From the NCBI RefSeq assembly GCF_009914755.1, contig NC_060940.1: a stretch of 64,000 bases of DNA. One strand, given 5' to 3'. The first letter of the stretch is position 1. Each line of letters opens with the position of its first letter. Position numbers and translations under genes: made by a program. Shown here in pieces: positions 43,101 to 55,900 of the stretch. The notes under the pieces are model-generated. The model was given only the letters and a program-made list of their open reading frames with translations, ran no database searches and had not been told where the DNA came from. This DNA is from the human T2T-CHM13v2.0 reference genome, Homo sapiens.

Positions 43101-43838
43101 CATTTATGTATTATATTCGTGTCCACTTGATGACTCACTCCATTCAATTCCATTTAATGATGATTCCATTTGATTCCATTTGATGATTCAGTTCGATTCC
43201 TTACAATGATTCCCTACGATTCCTTTCTATGATGATTCCATTCGATTCCATTCATTGATGATTCCATTCGACTCCATTCGATGATGATTCCTTTCGATTC
43301 CATTTGACGATGTTTCCATTTGAGTCCATTCGATGATGATTCAATTCAGTTCTGTTCTATTATGAATCCATTCGATTTCATTCAATGCTTCTATTTGATT
43401 CCATTCGACGATGATTCCATCTCTTTCCCTTCGATGTTTCCATTTGATTCCATTCAGTGATGATTCCATTTGATTCCATCTGATGATGATTTCACTTGAT
43501 TCATTTCAATGATGATTCCATTCAAGTCCATTCGATGATTCCATTGGAGTCCAAACGATCATTCCATTCGATTCCATTCAATGATGATTCCATTCATGTC
43601 CATTCAATGAATCCTTTCAATTCCATTCGATGATGACTCCATTCGAGTACATTCGATGATTCAATTTGATTCCATTGGATGATGATTACATTCAATTCCA
43701 TTCGAAGATGATTCCATTCAATTCCACTTGATGATGATTCCGTATGAATCCATTCGCTGATTATTCCATTCGATTCCATTCATTGACGATTCCATTCGAT
43801 TCCATTCAATGATGATTCTCTTCTATTCCATTCGATGA
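40187..43838 (+). repeat. 11.8-kb long unit, partial copy C containing an internal triplication
   Basis: 28828/40653 and 29161/40986 are offset by 11825. The copy ends after GATTCTCTTCTATTCCATTCGATGATTCC (~43840), where the sequence switches to about position 6000 of the 6.1-kb unit (CTATTCTATTCAATGGTG). Confidence 0.88.
40818..43333 (+). repeat. Tandem triplication of an 836/840-bp segment
   Basis: GGTATCC occurs at 40831, 41667 and 42507. Identical pseudo-ORFs occur at 40986, 41822 and 42662. Copies are ~40818-41653, 41654-42493 and 42494-43333. Confidence 0.93.
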
Positions 43839-43927
43839 TTCCATTCGATTCCATTCGATGATTCCATTCTATTCTATTCAATGGTGATTCCATTCGAGTA
43901 CATTAGATGATTCCATTCGATTCCATT

Positions 43928-46900
43928 CAATGATGATTCTATTTGTGTCCCTTAGATGATTCCACATGATTCCATTAGATGATGATACTATTTGAGCCCA
44001 TCCAATGATTCCCTTCGATTCCATTCGATGAGGATTCCATTCGATTCAATTCATTGGTGATTCTATTCAATTCAATTCTTTGATTCCATTCCATTCCATT
44101 CGACAATGATTCCATTCGATTTCTTTCGATGATTCCACTCGATTCCACTTGACATTGATTCCATTCGATTCCATTCAATGATTCCATTTGATTCCAGTGG
44201 ATGATGATTGCCATCGATTCCATTCGATCACTCCATTCTATTCCATTTGATGATGATTACATTCGATTCCATTTGATGATTCCATCTGATTCTATTCGAG
44301 GATTCCATTTGATTCCATTCGATGATGATTCCATTCGAGTCCATTCGATGATTTCATTCGAGTACATCCAATGATTCCATTCGAGTCCATTAGATGATTC
44401 CATTTGATTCCATTTGAAAATGATTCTACTAGAGTCCATTCAATGACTCCATTCGAGTCCATTCAACAATTCCATTCGACTCCATTCGATGATTCCATTC
44501 GATTCCATTTGATGGTTCCATTCGAGTCCATTTAATCATTACAGTCGAGTCCATTTGGTGATTCCACTGGATTTCTTTTGATAATGATACCATTCAATTA
44601 CATTTGATGATGATCCCATTCAATTTCATTTGATGATGATTCCATTAGAGTCCATTCGATGATTTCATTCGAGTCCCTTCATTGATTCCATCCGATTTCA
44701 TTGGATGATGACTCCATTCGAGTCCATTCGATGATTCCACTCGATTCCATTAGATGACTCCATTGGAGTCCATTTGATTGTTCCATTCGATTCCATTCGA
44801 TTCCTTTCGAAGATTATTCCATTTGAGTCCATTCGATGATGATTCCATTCCATTCCATTCGATGATTCCGTTTGATTCCATTCGATGATTCCCTTCGATT
44901 CCTTTCTTTGATGATTCCATTCCATTCCATTCAATGATTCCATTCGAATCTATTCCATGATGATTCCTTTCGATTCCATTCGCTGATGTTTCCGTTCAAT
45001 TCCATTCGATGATGATTCCATCCGATTCCATTCATTGAGGATTCCATTTGATTCCATTCAATGATGATTCCATTCTATTCCATTCAATGATTGCATTCAA
45101 TTCCATTCAATGATTATCCCATTAGAGTAAACTCAACGATTCCATTCAATACCATTCGATGATGATTCCTTTTGAGTCCATTCAATGATTTCATTCAAGT
45201 CCATTTGATGATTCCTTTCAATTCCATTCTATGATGATTCCATTCGAGTCCATTCGATGATTCCATTCGATTGCATTCGATGATTCCATTATATTCCATT
45301 CAACGGTGATTCCATTCGAGTCCATTCCATGATTCCATTAGATTACATTTAATGATTGCTTTGTTTTCAATTCGAAGATGATTACATTGGATTCCATTCT
45401 ATGATACCATTCGATTCCATTCAATGATGATTCCACTCAAATCCATTGGATGATTCCATTCGTGTCCATTCGGTGATTTCATTAGATTCCATTCGAGGAT
45501 GATTCCATTCGATTCCATTCGATGATTCCATTCAATTCCATTCGATGATGATTCCATTCCAGTCCATATGATCATTCCATTTGATTTCATTCGATGATGA
45601 TTCCATTCGATTCCTTTCGACGATTCCATTCTATTCCATTCGATGATGATTCCATTCGAGTCCATTCGATCATTCCATTCGAGTCCATTTAATGATTCCA
45701 TTGGGTTCAATTCAATGATGATTACATTGGATTCCGTTCTATGATTCCATTCAATTCCATTCATTGACAATTTGATTCCATTCGATGATGATTCCATTTG
45801 AGTTCATTCGATGATTCTATTCGATTCTCTTCGATTGTGATTCAATTCTATTATATTGGATGATTCCATTCGATTCCATTTGATGTTGATTCAATTCGAT
45901 TCTATTCGATGATGATTCCATTGGATTTCACTTGATGATTCTATTCGATTCCATTCAATGATGATTCACTTCTCGTCCATTGGATGATTCCATTTCATTC
46001 CATTCGATGATGATTCCATTCGATTCCATTCGATGATTCCATTTGATTCCATGCGACGGTGAGCAATTCGATTCAATTCCATGATGATTCTATGTGATTC
46101 AATTAGATGATGTTTCCATTCGAATCCATTCCATGATTATTCCATTGGAATCCATTCGGCGATGATTCCATATGAGTCAATTCAATGATGATTCCATATG
46201 GGTCCGTTCGATGATGATTCCATTTGATTTCATTCGATGCTTCTATTCTATTCCAGTCGATGATGATTCCGTTGGAGTCCATACGATGATTCCATTTGAT
46301 TTCATTTGATGATGATTCCATTCGATGATGATTACATTGGATTCCATTCTATGATTCCATTCAATTCCATTCGTTGATGATTCGATTCCATTCAATGATG
46401 ATTCCATTTGAGTTCATTCGATGATTCTATTCGATTCCGTTCGATGGTGATTCAATTCTATTATATTGGATGATTCCACTCGATTCCATTTGATGATTAT
46501 TCCATTGGAGTCCACTTAGTGAATCCTTTAGATTCTACTCGACGATGATTCCATTCGAGTCCATTCGATGATACCATTCAATTCCATTCGTTGATGCTTC
46601 CATTCAAGTGCATTCGATGATATCATTCGATTCCATTTGATGATAATTCCATTTGATTCCATGCGATGATTCTATTCGATTCCATTCAATGATAATTCCA
46701 TTCATTTCAGTGATTCCTCTGGACTCCATTTGATGATGATTCCATTCAATGATTCCATTCGATTCCATTCGATAATGATTACATCCGAGTCCATTCGATG
46801 ATTCCATTGGAGCCTGTTCGATAATTCCATTTGAGTCCAACCAATGATTCCATTCATTTCCATTCAATGATTCCATTCGAGTCCATTTGATCATTCCGGT

Positions 46901-49791
46901 AGGGTCCATTCGATGTTGATTCCATTGGAGTGCATTCGATGATTCCATTCGAGTCCATTTTAGGATTTGATTCGAGTCCTTTCGATGATTCCATTCGATT
47001 CCACTCGATGATGATTTCATTCGAGTCCATTCGACACTTCCAATCGATTCCATTTGATGATTCCATTCGAGTCCAATTGATGATTCCATTCAATTCCATT
47101 CGATGATGATTCCGTACGATTCCATTCTGTGATGATTCCATGTGATTGCATTCAATGATGATTCCTTTCGATTGCATTCGATTATGATTCATTTCGTGTT
47201 CATTCTATGGTTCCACAGGTTTCCATTCGTGTCCATTCCATTATTCCATTCTATTCCATTTGATGATGATTCCATTCGATTCCATTCATTGGTGATTCCA
47301 CTCAATTCCATTCAATGATTCCATTCCATTTCTTTCAACAATGATTCCATTAGTTTCTAATCGATGATCCACTTGATTCCATTTGACGACGATTCCATTC
47401 TTGTCCATTCGATGATTCCATTTGATTCCATATGATGATGATTCCATTCGATTCCATACCATGATGATTCCATTCGAGTCCATTCAATGGTGATTCCATT
47501 CAATTCCATTCGATGATTCCTTTCGATTCCATTCGATGATGATGATATTCGATTCCTTTCAATCATTCCCTTTGATTCCATTCAAAGGTGATTTCATTCA
47601 AGTCCATTCGATAATTGCATTCGATTCCATTCTATGATTATTCCATTCGAGTCCATTTGATGATTCCATTCAATTCAAGTCAATGATGATTCCATTCGAT
47701 TCCATTCGATGATTCCATTGGATTCCATTCGATGATGATTCCATTCAAATCCATTCGATAATTCAATTCAAGTCCATTCGATGATGATTCCAATCGAATC
47801 CATTCAAAGATTCCATTCAGTTCCATTCGATGATTCCCTTAGATTCCATTCGATGATTCCACTTGATTGCATTTACGATGATTCCATTCGATTCCATGTG
47901 ATGATTCCATTCAATTCTATTCAATGATGTCTCCATTTGATTCCATTCGACCATGATTGCCTTTGATTCCATTCAATGATTCCATTCGGTTCCGTTTGAT
48001 GATGATTCCGTTCGATTCCATTTGATGATTCCATTTGATTCCATTGGATGAGTCCATTCGATTACATTCGATGATTATTCCATTCGAGTGCATTAGATGA
48101 TTCCATTCGAGTCCATTCGATGATTCCATTCGATTCCATTCGATGTTGATTCTGTTCAAATCCATTCGATGATTCCACTCGATTCCATTCGTTGACTCCA
48201 TTTGATCCCATTCGATGATTTCCTTTGATTCCCTTTGATGATCATTCCATTTGATTCAATTCGGTGATTTCATTTGATTCCATTCAGTGATGTTTCCATT
48301 CGACTCCATTCGATGATGATTCCATTCGACTCCATTCGATTATGATTTCATTCAATTCCATTCGATAATGATTCCCTTCGAGTCCATTCGATGATTCCAT
48401 TCGATTCCATTCAACGATGATTTGATTCGTGTCCATTCGATGATTCCATTTGATTCCACTTGATGATGATTCCATTCGAGTCCATTTGATGATTCCATTC
48501 AATTGCATACTCCGATGATTTCTTTTGAGCCCACTCAATGCTTCCACTCGATTCCATATGATGATGACTCCATTCGATGAAATTCGATGATGATTCCATT
48601 CGCTTGCTTTCGATGATGATTCCACTTGAGTCCGTTAGAAGATTCTATTCAATTACATTCCATGACGATTCCGTTCGAGTCCATTTGATGATTCCATTAG
48701 ACTCCATTCGACGATGATTCCATTCGATGTTATTCGATGATTCCATTCGATCTCATTCGATGATGATTCCATTCAACTCCATTCGATGTTTCCATTCGAG
48801 TTCATTCTATTATTCCATTAGATTCCATTCGATGATGATTCCATTCGATTCCATTTGATGATTGCATTCTATTTCATTTGATGATGATTCCATTCGAGTC
48901 CACTCGATGATTCCATTCGAGTCCATTTAATGAATCCATTGGTTTCAATTCTATGATGATTACATTGGATTCCATTCGTTGATGATTTCATTCGGTTCCA
49001 TTCAATGATGATTCCATTCAATTCCTTTCAATGTTTCCATTCAATTCCATACGATGATGATTCCATTTGATTTGATTCGACAGTGAGCCATTCGATTCAA
49101 TTCCATGATGATTCTATTTGATTCCATTGGTTGACATTTCCATTCGATTCCATTCGATGATGATTCCCTTTGATTCCGTTCAAAGATGATTCCATTCTAG
49201 CCCATTCAATCATTCCATTCGATTCTATTCAATGATGATTCCATTCATGTCGATTTGGTGATTCCATTTGACTTCATTTGATGATGATTCCTTTCAAGTT
49301 CATTAGATGATTCCATTCGATTCCATTTGATGATGATCCCATTCGAGTCCATTCAGTGATTCCATTCGTTTCCATTCCATGATGATTCCATTCCTTTCCA
49401 TTCATTGATTCCATTCGATTCCGTTTGATGATGATTTCATTCGAGTCCATTTGATGATTCCATTTGATTCCATTCGATGATGATTCCATTCGAGTCCATT
49501 CGATGATTCTATTCGAATCCATTTGATGATTTCTTTTGATTATATTTGGTGATGATTCCATTGGAGTCCATTCAATGATTCCATTCTATTCCAATCGATG
49601 ATGATTCCATTAGAGTCCATTTAATGATTCCATTTGATTCCAGTCTCTGATGATTACATTCGAGTCCATACGATGATTCCACTCAATTCCATATGATGAT
49701 GATTCCATTCGATTCCATTCGGTGATTCCATTCTATTCTATTCAATGGTGATTCCATTCGAGTACATTAGATGATTCCATTCGATTCCATT
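43928..49791 (+). repeat. 6.1-kb unit variant, 5,864 bp (248-bp deletion at ~46755)
   Basis: Marker pseudo-ORF 43975 recurs at 49839 (5864). The offset to copy 2 drops from 37838 (8766/46604) to 37590 (9264/46854). Confidence 0.9.
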
Positions 49792-52700
49792 CAATGATGA
49801 TTCTATTTGTGTCCCTTAGATGATTCCACATGATTCCATTAGATGATGATACTATTTGAGCCCATCCAATGATTCCCTTCGATTCCATTCGATGAGGATT
49901 CCATTCGATTCAATTCATTGGTGATTCTATTCAATTCAATTCTTTGATTCCATTCCATTCCATTCGACAATGATTCCATTCGATTTCTTTCGATGAATCC
50001 ACTCGATTCCACTTGACATTGATTCCATTCGATTCCATTCAATGATTCCATTTGATTCCAGTGGATGATGATTGCCATCGATTCCATTCGATCACTCCAT
50101 TCTATTCCATTTGATGATGATTACATTCGATTCCATTTGATGATTCCATCTGATTCTATTCGAGGATTCCATTTGATTCCATTCAATGATGATTCCATTC
50201 GAGTCCATTCGATGATTTCATTCGAGTACATCCAATGATTCCATTCGAGTCCATTAGATGATTCCATTTGATTCCATTTGAAAATGATTCTACTAGAGTC
50301 CATTCAATGACTCCATTCGAGTCCATTCAACAATTCCATTCGACTCCATTCGATGATTCCATTCGATTCCATTTGATGGTTCCATTCGAGTCCATTTAAT
50401 CATTACAGTCGAGTCCATTTGTTGATTCCACTGGATTTCTTTTGATAATGATACCATTCAATTACATTTGATGATGATCCCATTCAACTTCATTTGATGA
50501 TGATTCCATTAGAGTCCATTCGATGATTTCATTCGAGTCCCTTCATTGATTCCATCCGATTTCATTGGATGATGACTCCATTCGAGTCCATTCGATGATT
50601 CCACTCGATTCCATTAGATGACTCCATTGGAGTCCATTTGATTGTTCCATTCGATTCCATTCGATTCCTTTCGAAGATTATTCCATTTGAGTCCATTCGA
50701 TGATGATTCCATTCCATTCCATTCGATGATTCCGTTTGATTCCATTCGATGATTCCCTTCGATTCCTTTCTTTGATGATTCCATTCCATTCCATTCAATG
50801 ATTCCATTCGAATCTATTCCATGATGATTCCTTTCGATTCCATTCGCTGATGTTTCCGTTCAATTCCATTCGATGATGATTCCATTCGATTCCATTCATT
50901 GAGGATTCCATTTGATTCCATTCAATGATGATTCCATTCTATTCCATTCAATGATTGCATTCAATTCCATTCAATGATTATCCCATTAGAGTAAACTCAA
51001 CGATTCCATTCAATACCATTCGATGATGATTCCTTTTGAGTCCATTCAATGATTTCATTCAAGTCCATTTGATGATTCCTTTCAATTCCATTCTATGATG
51101 ATTCCATTCGAGTCCATTCGATGATTCCATTCGATTGCATTCGATGATTCCATTATATTCCATTCAACGGTGATTCCATTCGAGTCCATTCCATGATTCC
51201 ATTAGAGTACATTTAATGATTGCTTTGTTTTCAATTCGAAGATGATTACATTGGATTCCATTCTATGATACCATTCGATTCCATTCAATGATGATTCCAC
51301 TCAAATCCATTGGATGATTCCATTCGTGTCCATTCGGTGATTTCATTAGATTCCATTCGAGGATGATTCCATTCGATTCCATTCGATGATTCCATTCAAT
51401 TCCATTCGATGATGATTCCATTCCAGTCCATATGATCATTCCATTTGATTTCATTCGATGATGATTCCATTCGATTCCATTCGATGATTCCATTCTATTC
51501 CATTCGATGATGATTCCATTCGAGTCCATTCGATCATTCCATTCGAGTCCATTTAATGATTCCATTGGGTTCAATTCAATGATGATTACATTGGATTCCG
51601 TTCTATGATTCCATTCAATTCCATTCATTGACAATTTGATTCCATTCGATGATGATTCCATTTGAGTTCATTCGATAATTCTATTCGATTCTCTTCGATG
51701 GTGATTCAATTCTATTATATTGGATGATTCCATTCGATTCCATTTGATGTTGATTCAATTCGATTCTATTCGGTGATGATTCCATTGGATTTCACTTGAT
51801 GATTCTATTCGATTCCATTCAATGATGATTCACTTCTCGTCCATTGGATGATTCCATTTCATTCCATTCGATGATGATTCCATTCGATTCCATTCGATGA
51901 TTCCATTTGATTCCATGCGACGGTGAGCAATTCGATTCAATTCCATGATGATTCTATTTGATTCAATTAGATGATGTTTCCATTCGAATCCATTCCATGA
52001 TTATTCCATTGGAATCCATTTGGCGATGATTCCATATGAGTCAATTCAATGATGATTCCATATGGGTCCGTTCGATGATAATTCCATTTGATTTCATTCG
52101 ATGCTTCTATTCAATTCCCGTCGATGATGATTCCGTTGGAGTCCATACGATGATTCCATTTGATTTCATTTGATGATGATTCCATTCGATGATGATTACA
52201 TTGGATTCTATTCTATGATTCCATTCAATTCCATTCGTTGATGATTCGATTCCATTCAATGATGATTCCATTTGAGTTCATTCGATGATTCTATTCGATT
52301 CCGTTCGATGGTGATTCAATTCTATTATATTGGATGATTCCACTCGATTCCATTTGATGATTATTCCATTGGAGTCCACTTAGTGAATCCTTTAGATTCT
52401 ACTCGACGATGATTCCATTCGAGACCATTCGATGATACCATTCAATTCCATTCGTTGATGCTTCCATTCAAGTGCATTTGAAGATATCATTCGATTCCAT
52501 TTGATGATAATTCCATTTGATTCCATGCGATGATTCTATTCGATTCCATTCAATGATAATTCCATTCAATTCAGTGATTCCTCTGGACTCCATTTGATGA
52601 TGATTCCATTCAATGATTCCATTCGATTCTATTCCAAAATGATTCCATTTGAATCCATTTGATGATGATTCCATTAGATTCCATTTGATGATTCCATTCG

Positions 52701-55700
52701 ATTCCATTCAACGATGATTCCATTCGATTCCGTTTGATGATTCCATTCTATTCTATTCGATGATGATTCCATTCGATTCCATTCGATGATGATTCTATTC
52801 GATTCCATTTGATGATTTCATTTGATTCCATTCGTTAATGATTTCAATCAATTCCATTCGATGATTCCATTCGATTCCATTCGATAATGATTACATCCGA
52901 GTCCATTCGATGATTCCCTTTGAGCCTGTTCGATAATTCCATTTGAGTCCAACCAATGATTCCATTCATTTCCATTCAATGATTCCATTCGAGTCCATTT
53001 GATCATTCCGGTAGGGTCCATTCGATGTTGATTCCATTGGAGTGCATTCGATGATTCCATTCGAGTCCATTTTAGGATTTGATTCGAGTCCTTTCGATGA
53101 TTCCATTCGATTCCACTCGATGATGATTTCATTCGAGTCCATTCGACACTTCCAATCGATTCCATTTGATGATTCCATTCGAGTCCAATTGATGATTCCA
53201 TTCAATTCCATTCGATGATGATTCCGTACGATTCCATTCTGTGATGATTCCATGTGATTGCATTCAATGATGATTCCTTTCGATTGCATTCGATTATGAT
53301 TCATTTCGTGTTCATTCTATGGTTCCACAGGTTTCCATTCGTGTCCATTCCATTATTCCATTCTATTCCATTTGATGATGATTCCATTCGATTCCATTCA
53401 TTGGTGATTCCACTCAATTCCATTCAATGATTCCATTCCATTTCTTTCAACAATGATTCCATTAGTTTCTAATCGATGATCCACTTGATTCCATTTGACG
53501 ACGATTCCATTCTTGTCCATTCGATGATTCCATTTGATTCCATATGATGATGATTCCATTCGATTCCATACCATGATTCCATTCGAGTCCATTCAATGGT
53601 GATTCCATTCAATTCCATTCGATGATTCCTTTCGATTCCATTCGATGATGATGGCATTCGATTCCTTTCAATCATTCCCTTTGATTCCATTCAAAGGTGA
53701 TTTCATTTAAGTCCATTCGATAATTGCATTCGATTCCATTCTATGATGATTCCATTCGAGTCCATTTGATGATTCCATTCAATTCAAGTCAATGATGATT
53801 CCATTCGATTCCATTCGATGATTCCATTGGATTCCATTCAATGATGATTCCATTCAAATCCATTCGATAATTCAATTCAAGTCCATTCGATGATGATTCC
53901 AATCGAATCCATTCAAAGATTCCATTCAGTTCCATTCGATGATTCCCTTAGATTCCATTCGATGATTCCACTTGATTGCATTTACGATGATTCCATTCGA
54001 TTCCATGTGATGATTCCATTCAATTCTATTCAATGCTGTTTCCATTTGATTCCATTCGACCATGATTGCCTTTGATTCCATTCAATGACTCCATTCGGTT
54101 CCTTTTGATGATGATTCCGTTCGATTCCATTTCATTATTCCATTTGATTCCATTGGATGAGTCCATTCGATTACATTCGATGATTATTCCATTCGAGTGC
54201 ATTAGATGATTCCATTCGAGTCCATTCGATGATTCCATTCGATTCCATTCGATGTTGATTCTGTTCAAATCCATTCGATGATTCCACTCGATTCCATTCG
54301 ATGACTCCAGTTGATCCCATTCGATGATTTCCTTTGATTCCCTTTGATGATCATTCCATTTGATTCAATTCGGTGATTTCATTTGATTCCATTCAGTGAT
54401 GTTTCCATTCGACTCCATTCGATGATGATTCCATTCGACTCCATTCGATTATGATTTCATTCAATTCCATTCGATAATGATTCCCTTCAAGTCCATTCGA
54501 TGATTCCATTCGATTCCATTCAACGATTATTTGATTCGTGTCCATTCGATGATTCCATTTGATTCCACTTGATGATGATTCCATTCGAGTCCATTTGATG
54601 ATTCCATTCAATTCCATTCTCCGATGATTTCTTTTGAGCCCATTCAATGCTTCCACTCGATTCCATATGATGATGACTCCATTCGATGAAATTCGATGAT
54701 GATTCCATTCGCTTGCATTCGATGATGATTCCACTTGAGTCCATTAGAAGATTCTATTCAATTACATTCCATGACGATTCCGTTCGAGTCCATTTGATGA
54801 TTCCATTAGACTCCATTCGACGATGATTCCATTCGATGTTATTCGATGATTCCATTCGATCTCATTCGATGATGATTCCATTCAACTCCATTCGATGTTT
54901 CCATTCGAGTTCATTCTATTATTCCATTAGATTCCATTCGATGATGATTCCATTCGATTCCATTTGATGATTGCATTCTATTTCATTTGATGATGATTCC
55001 ATTCGAGTCCACTCGATGATTCCATTCGAGTCCATTTAATGAATCCATTGGTTTCAATTCTATGATGATTACATTGGATTCCATTCGTTGATGATTTCAT
55101 TCGGTTCCATTCAATGATGATTCCATTCAATTCCTTTCAATGTTTCCATTCAATTCCATACGATGATGATTCCATTTGATTTGATTCGACAGTGAGCCAT
55201 TCGATTCAATTCCATGATGATTCTATTTGATTCCATTGGTTGACATTTCCATTCGATTCCATTCGATGATGATTCCCATTGATTCCATTCAAAGATGATT
55301 CCATTCTAGCCCATTCAATCATTCCATTCGATTCTATTCAATGATGATTCCATTCATGTCGATTTGGTGATTCCATTTGAATTCATTTGATGATGATTCC
55401 TTTCAAGTTCATTAGATGATTCCATTCGATTCCATTTGATGATGATCCCATTCGAGTCCATTCAGTGATTCCACTCGTTTCCATTCCATGATGATTCCAT
55501 TCCATTCCATTCAATGATTCCATTCGAATCCGTTTGATGATGATTTCATTCGAGTCCATTTGATGATTCCATTTGATTCCTTTCGATGATGATTCCATTC
55601 GAGTCCATTCGATGATTCTATTCGAATCCATTTGATGATTTCTTTTGATTATAGTTGGTGATGATTCCATTGGAGTCCATTCAATGATTCCATTTGATTC

Positions 55701-55900
55701 CAATCGATGGTGATTCCATTAGAGTCCATTTAATGATTCCATTTGATTCCAGTCTCTGATGATTACATTCGAGTCCATACGATGATTCCACTCAATTCCA
55801 TATGATGATGATTCCATTCGATTCCATTCGATGATTCCATTCTATTCTATTCAATGGTGATTCCATTCGAGTACATTAGATGATTCCATTCGATTCCATT
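49792..55900 (+). repeat. 6.1-kb unit, 6,109 bp (3-bp ATG deletion at ~53572)
   Basis: Marker pseudo-ORF 49839 recurs at 55948; otherwise collinear with the 6,112-bp unit. Confidence 0.9.

Noticed and set aside
10911-43840. Island or extra blocks as a transposable-element insertion
   Set aside because: All of it is HSat2 sequence. No Alu, L1 or LTR sequence, poly(A) tail, terminal repeat or target-site duplication was seen.
46740-46775. 248-bp deletion as an exact multiple of monomers (6x26 + 4x23)
   Set aside because: The deletion is real and has homologous ends, but almost any large number can be written as a sum of these lengths, so the arithmetic is not evidence of anything.
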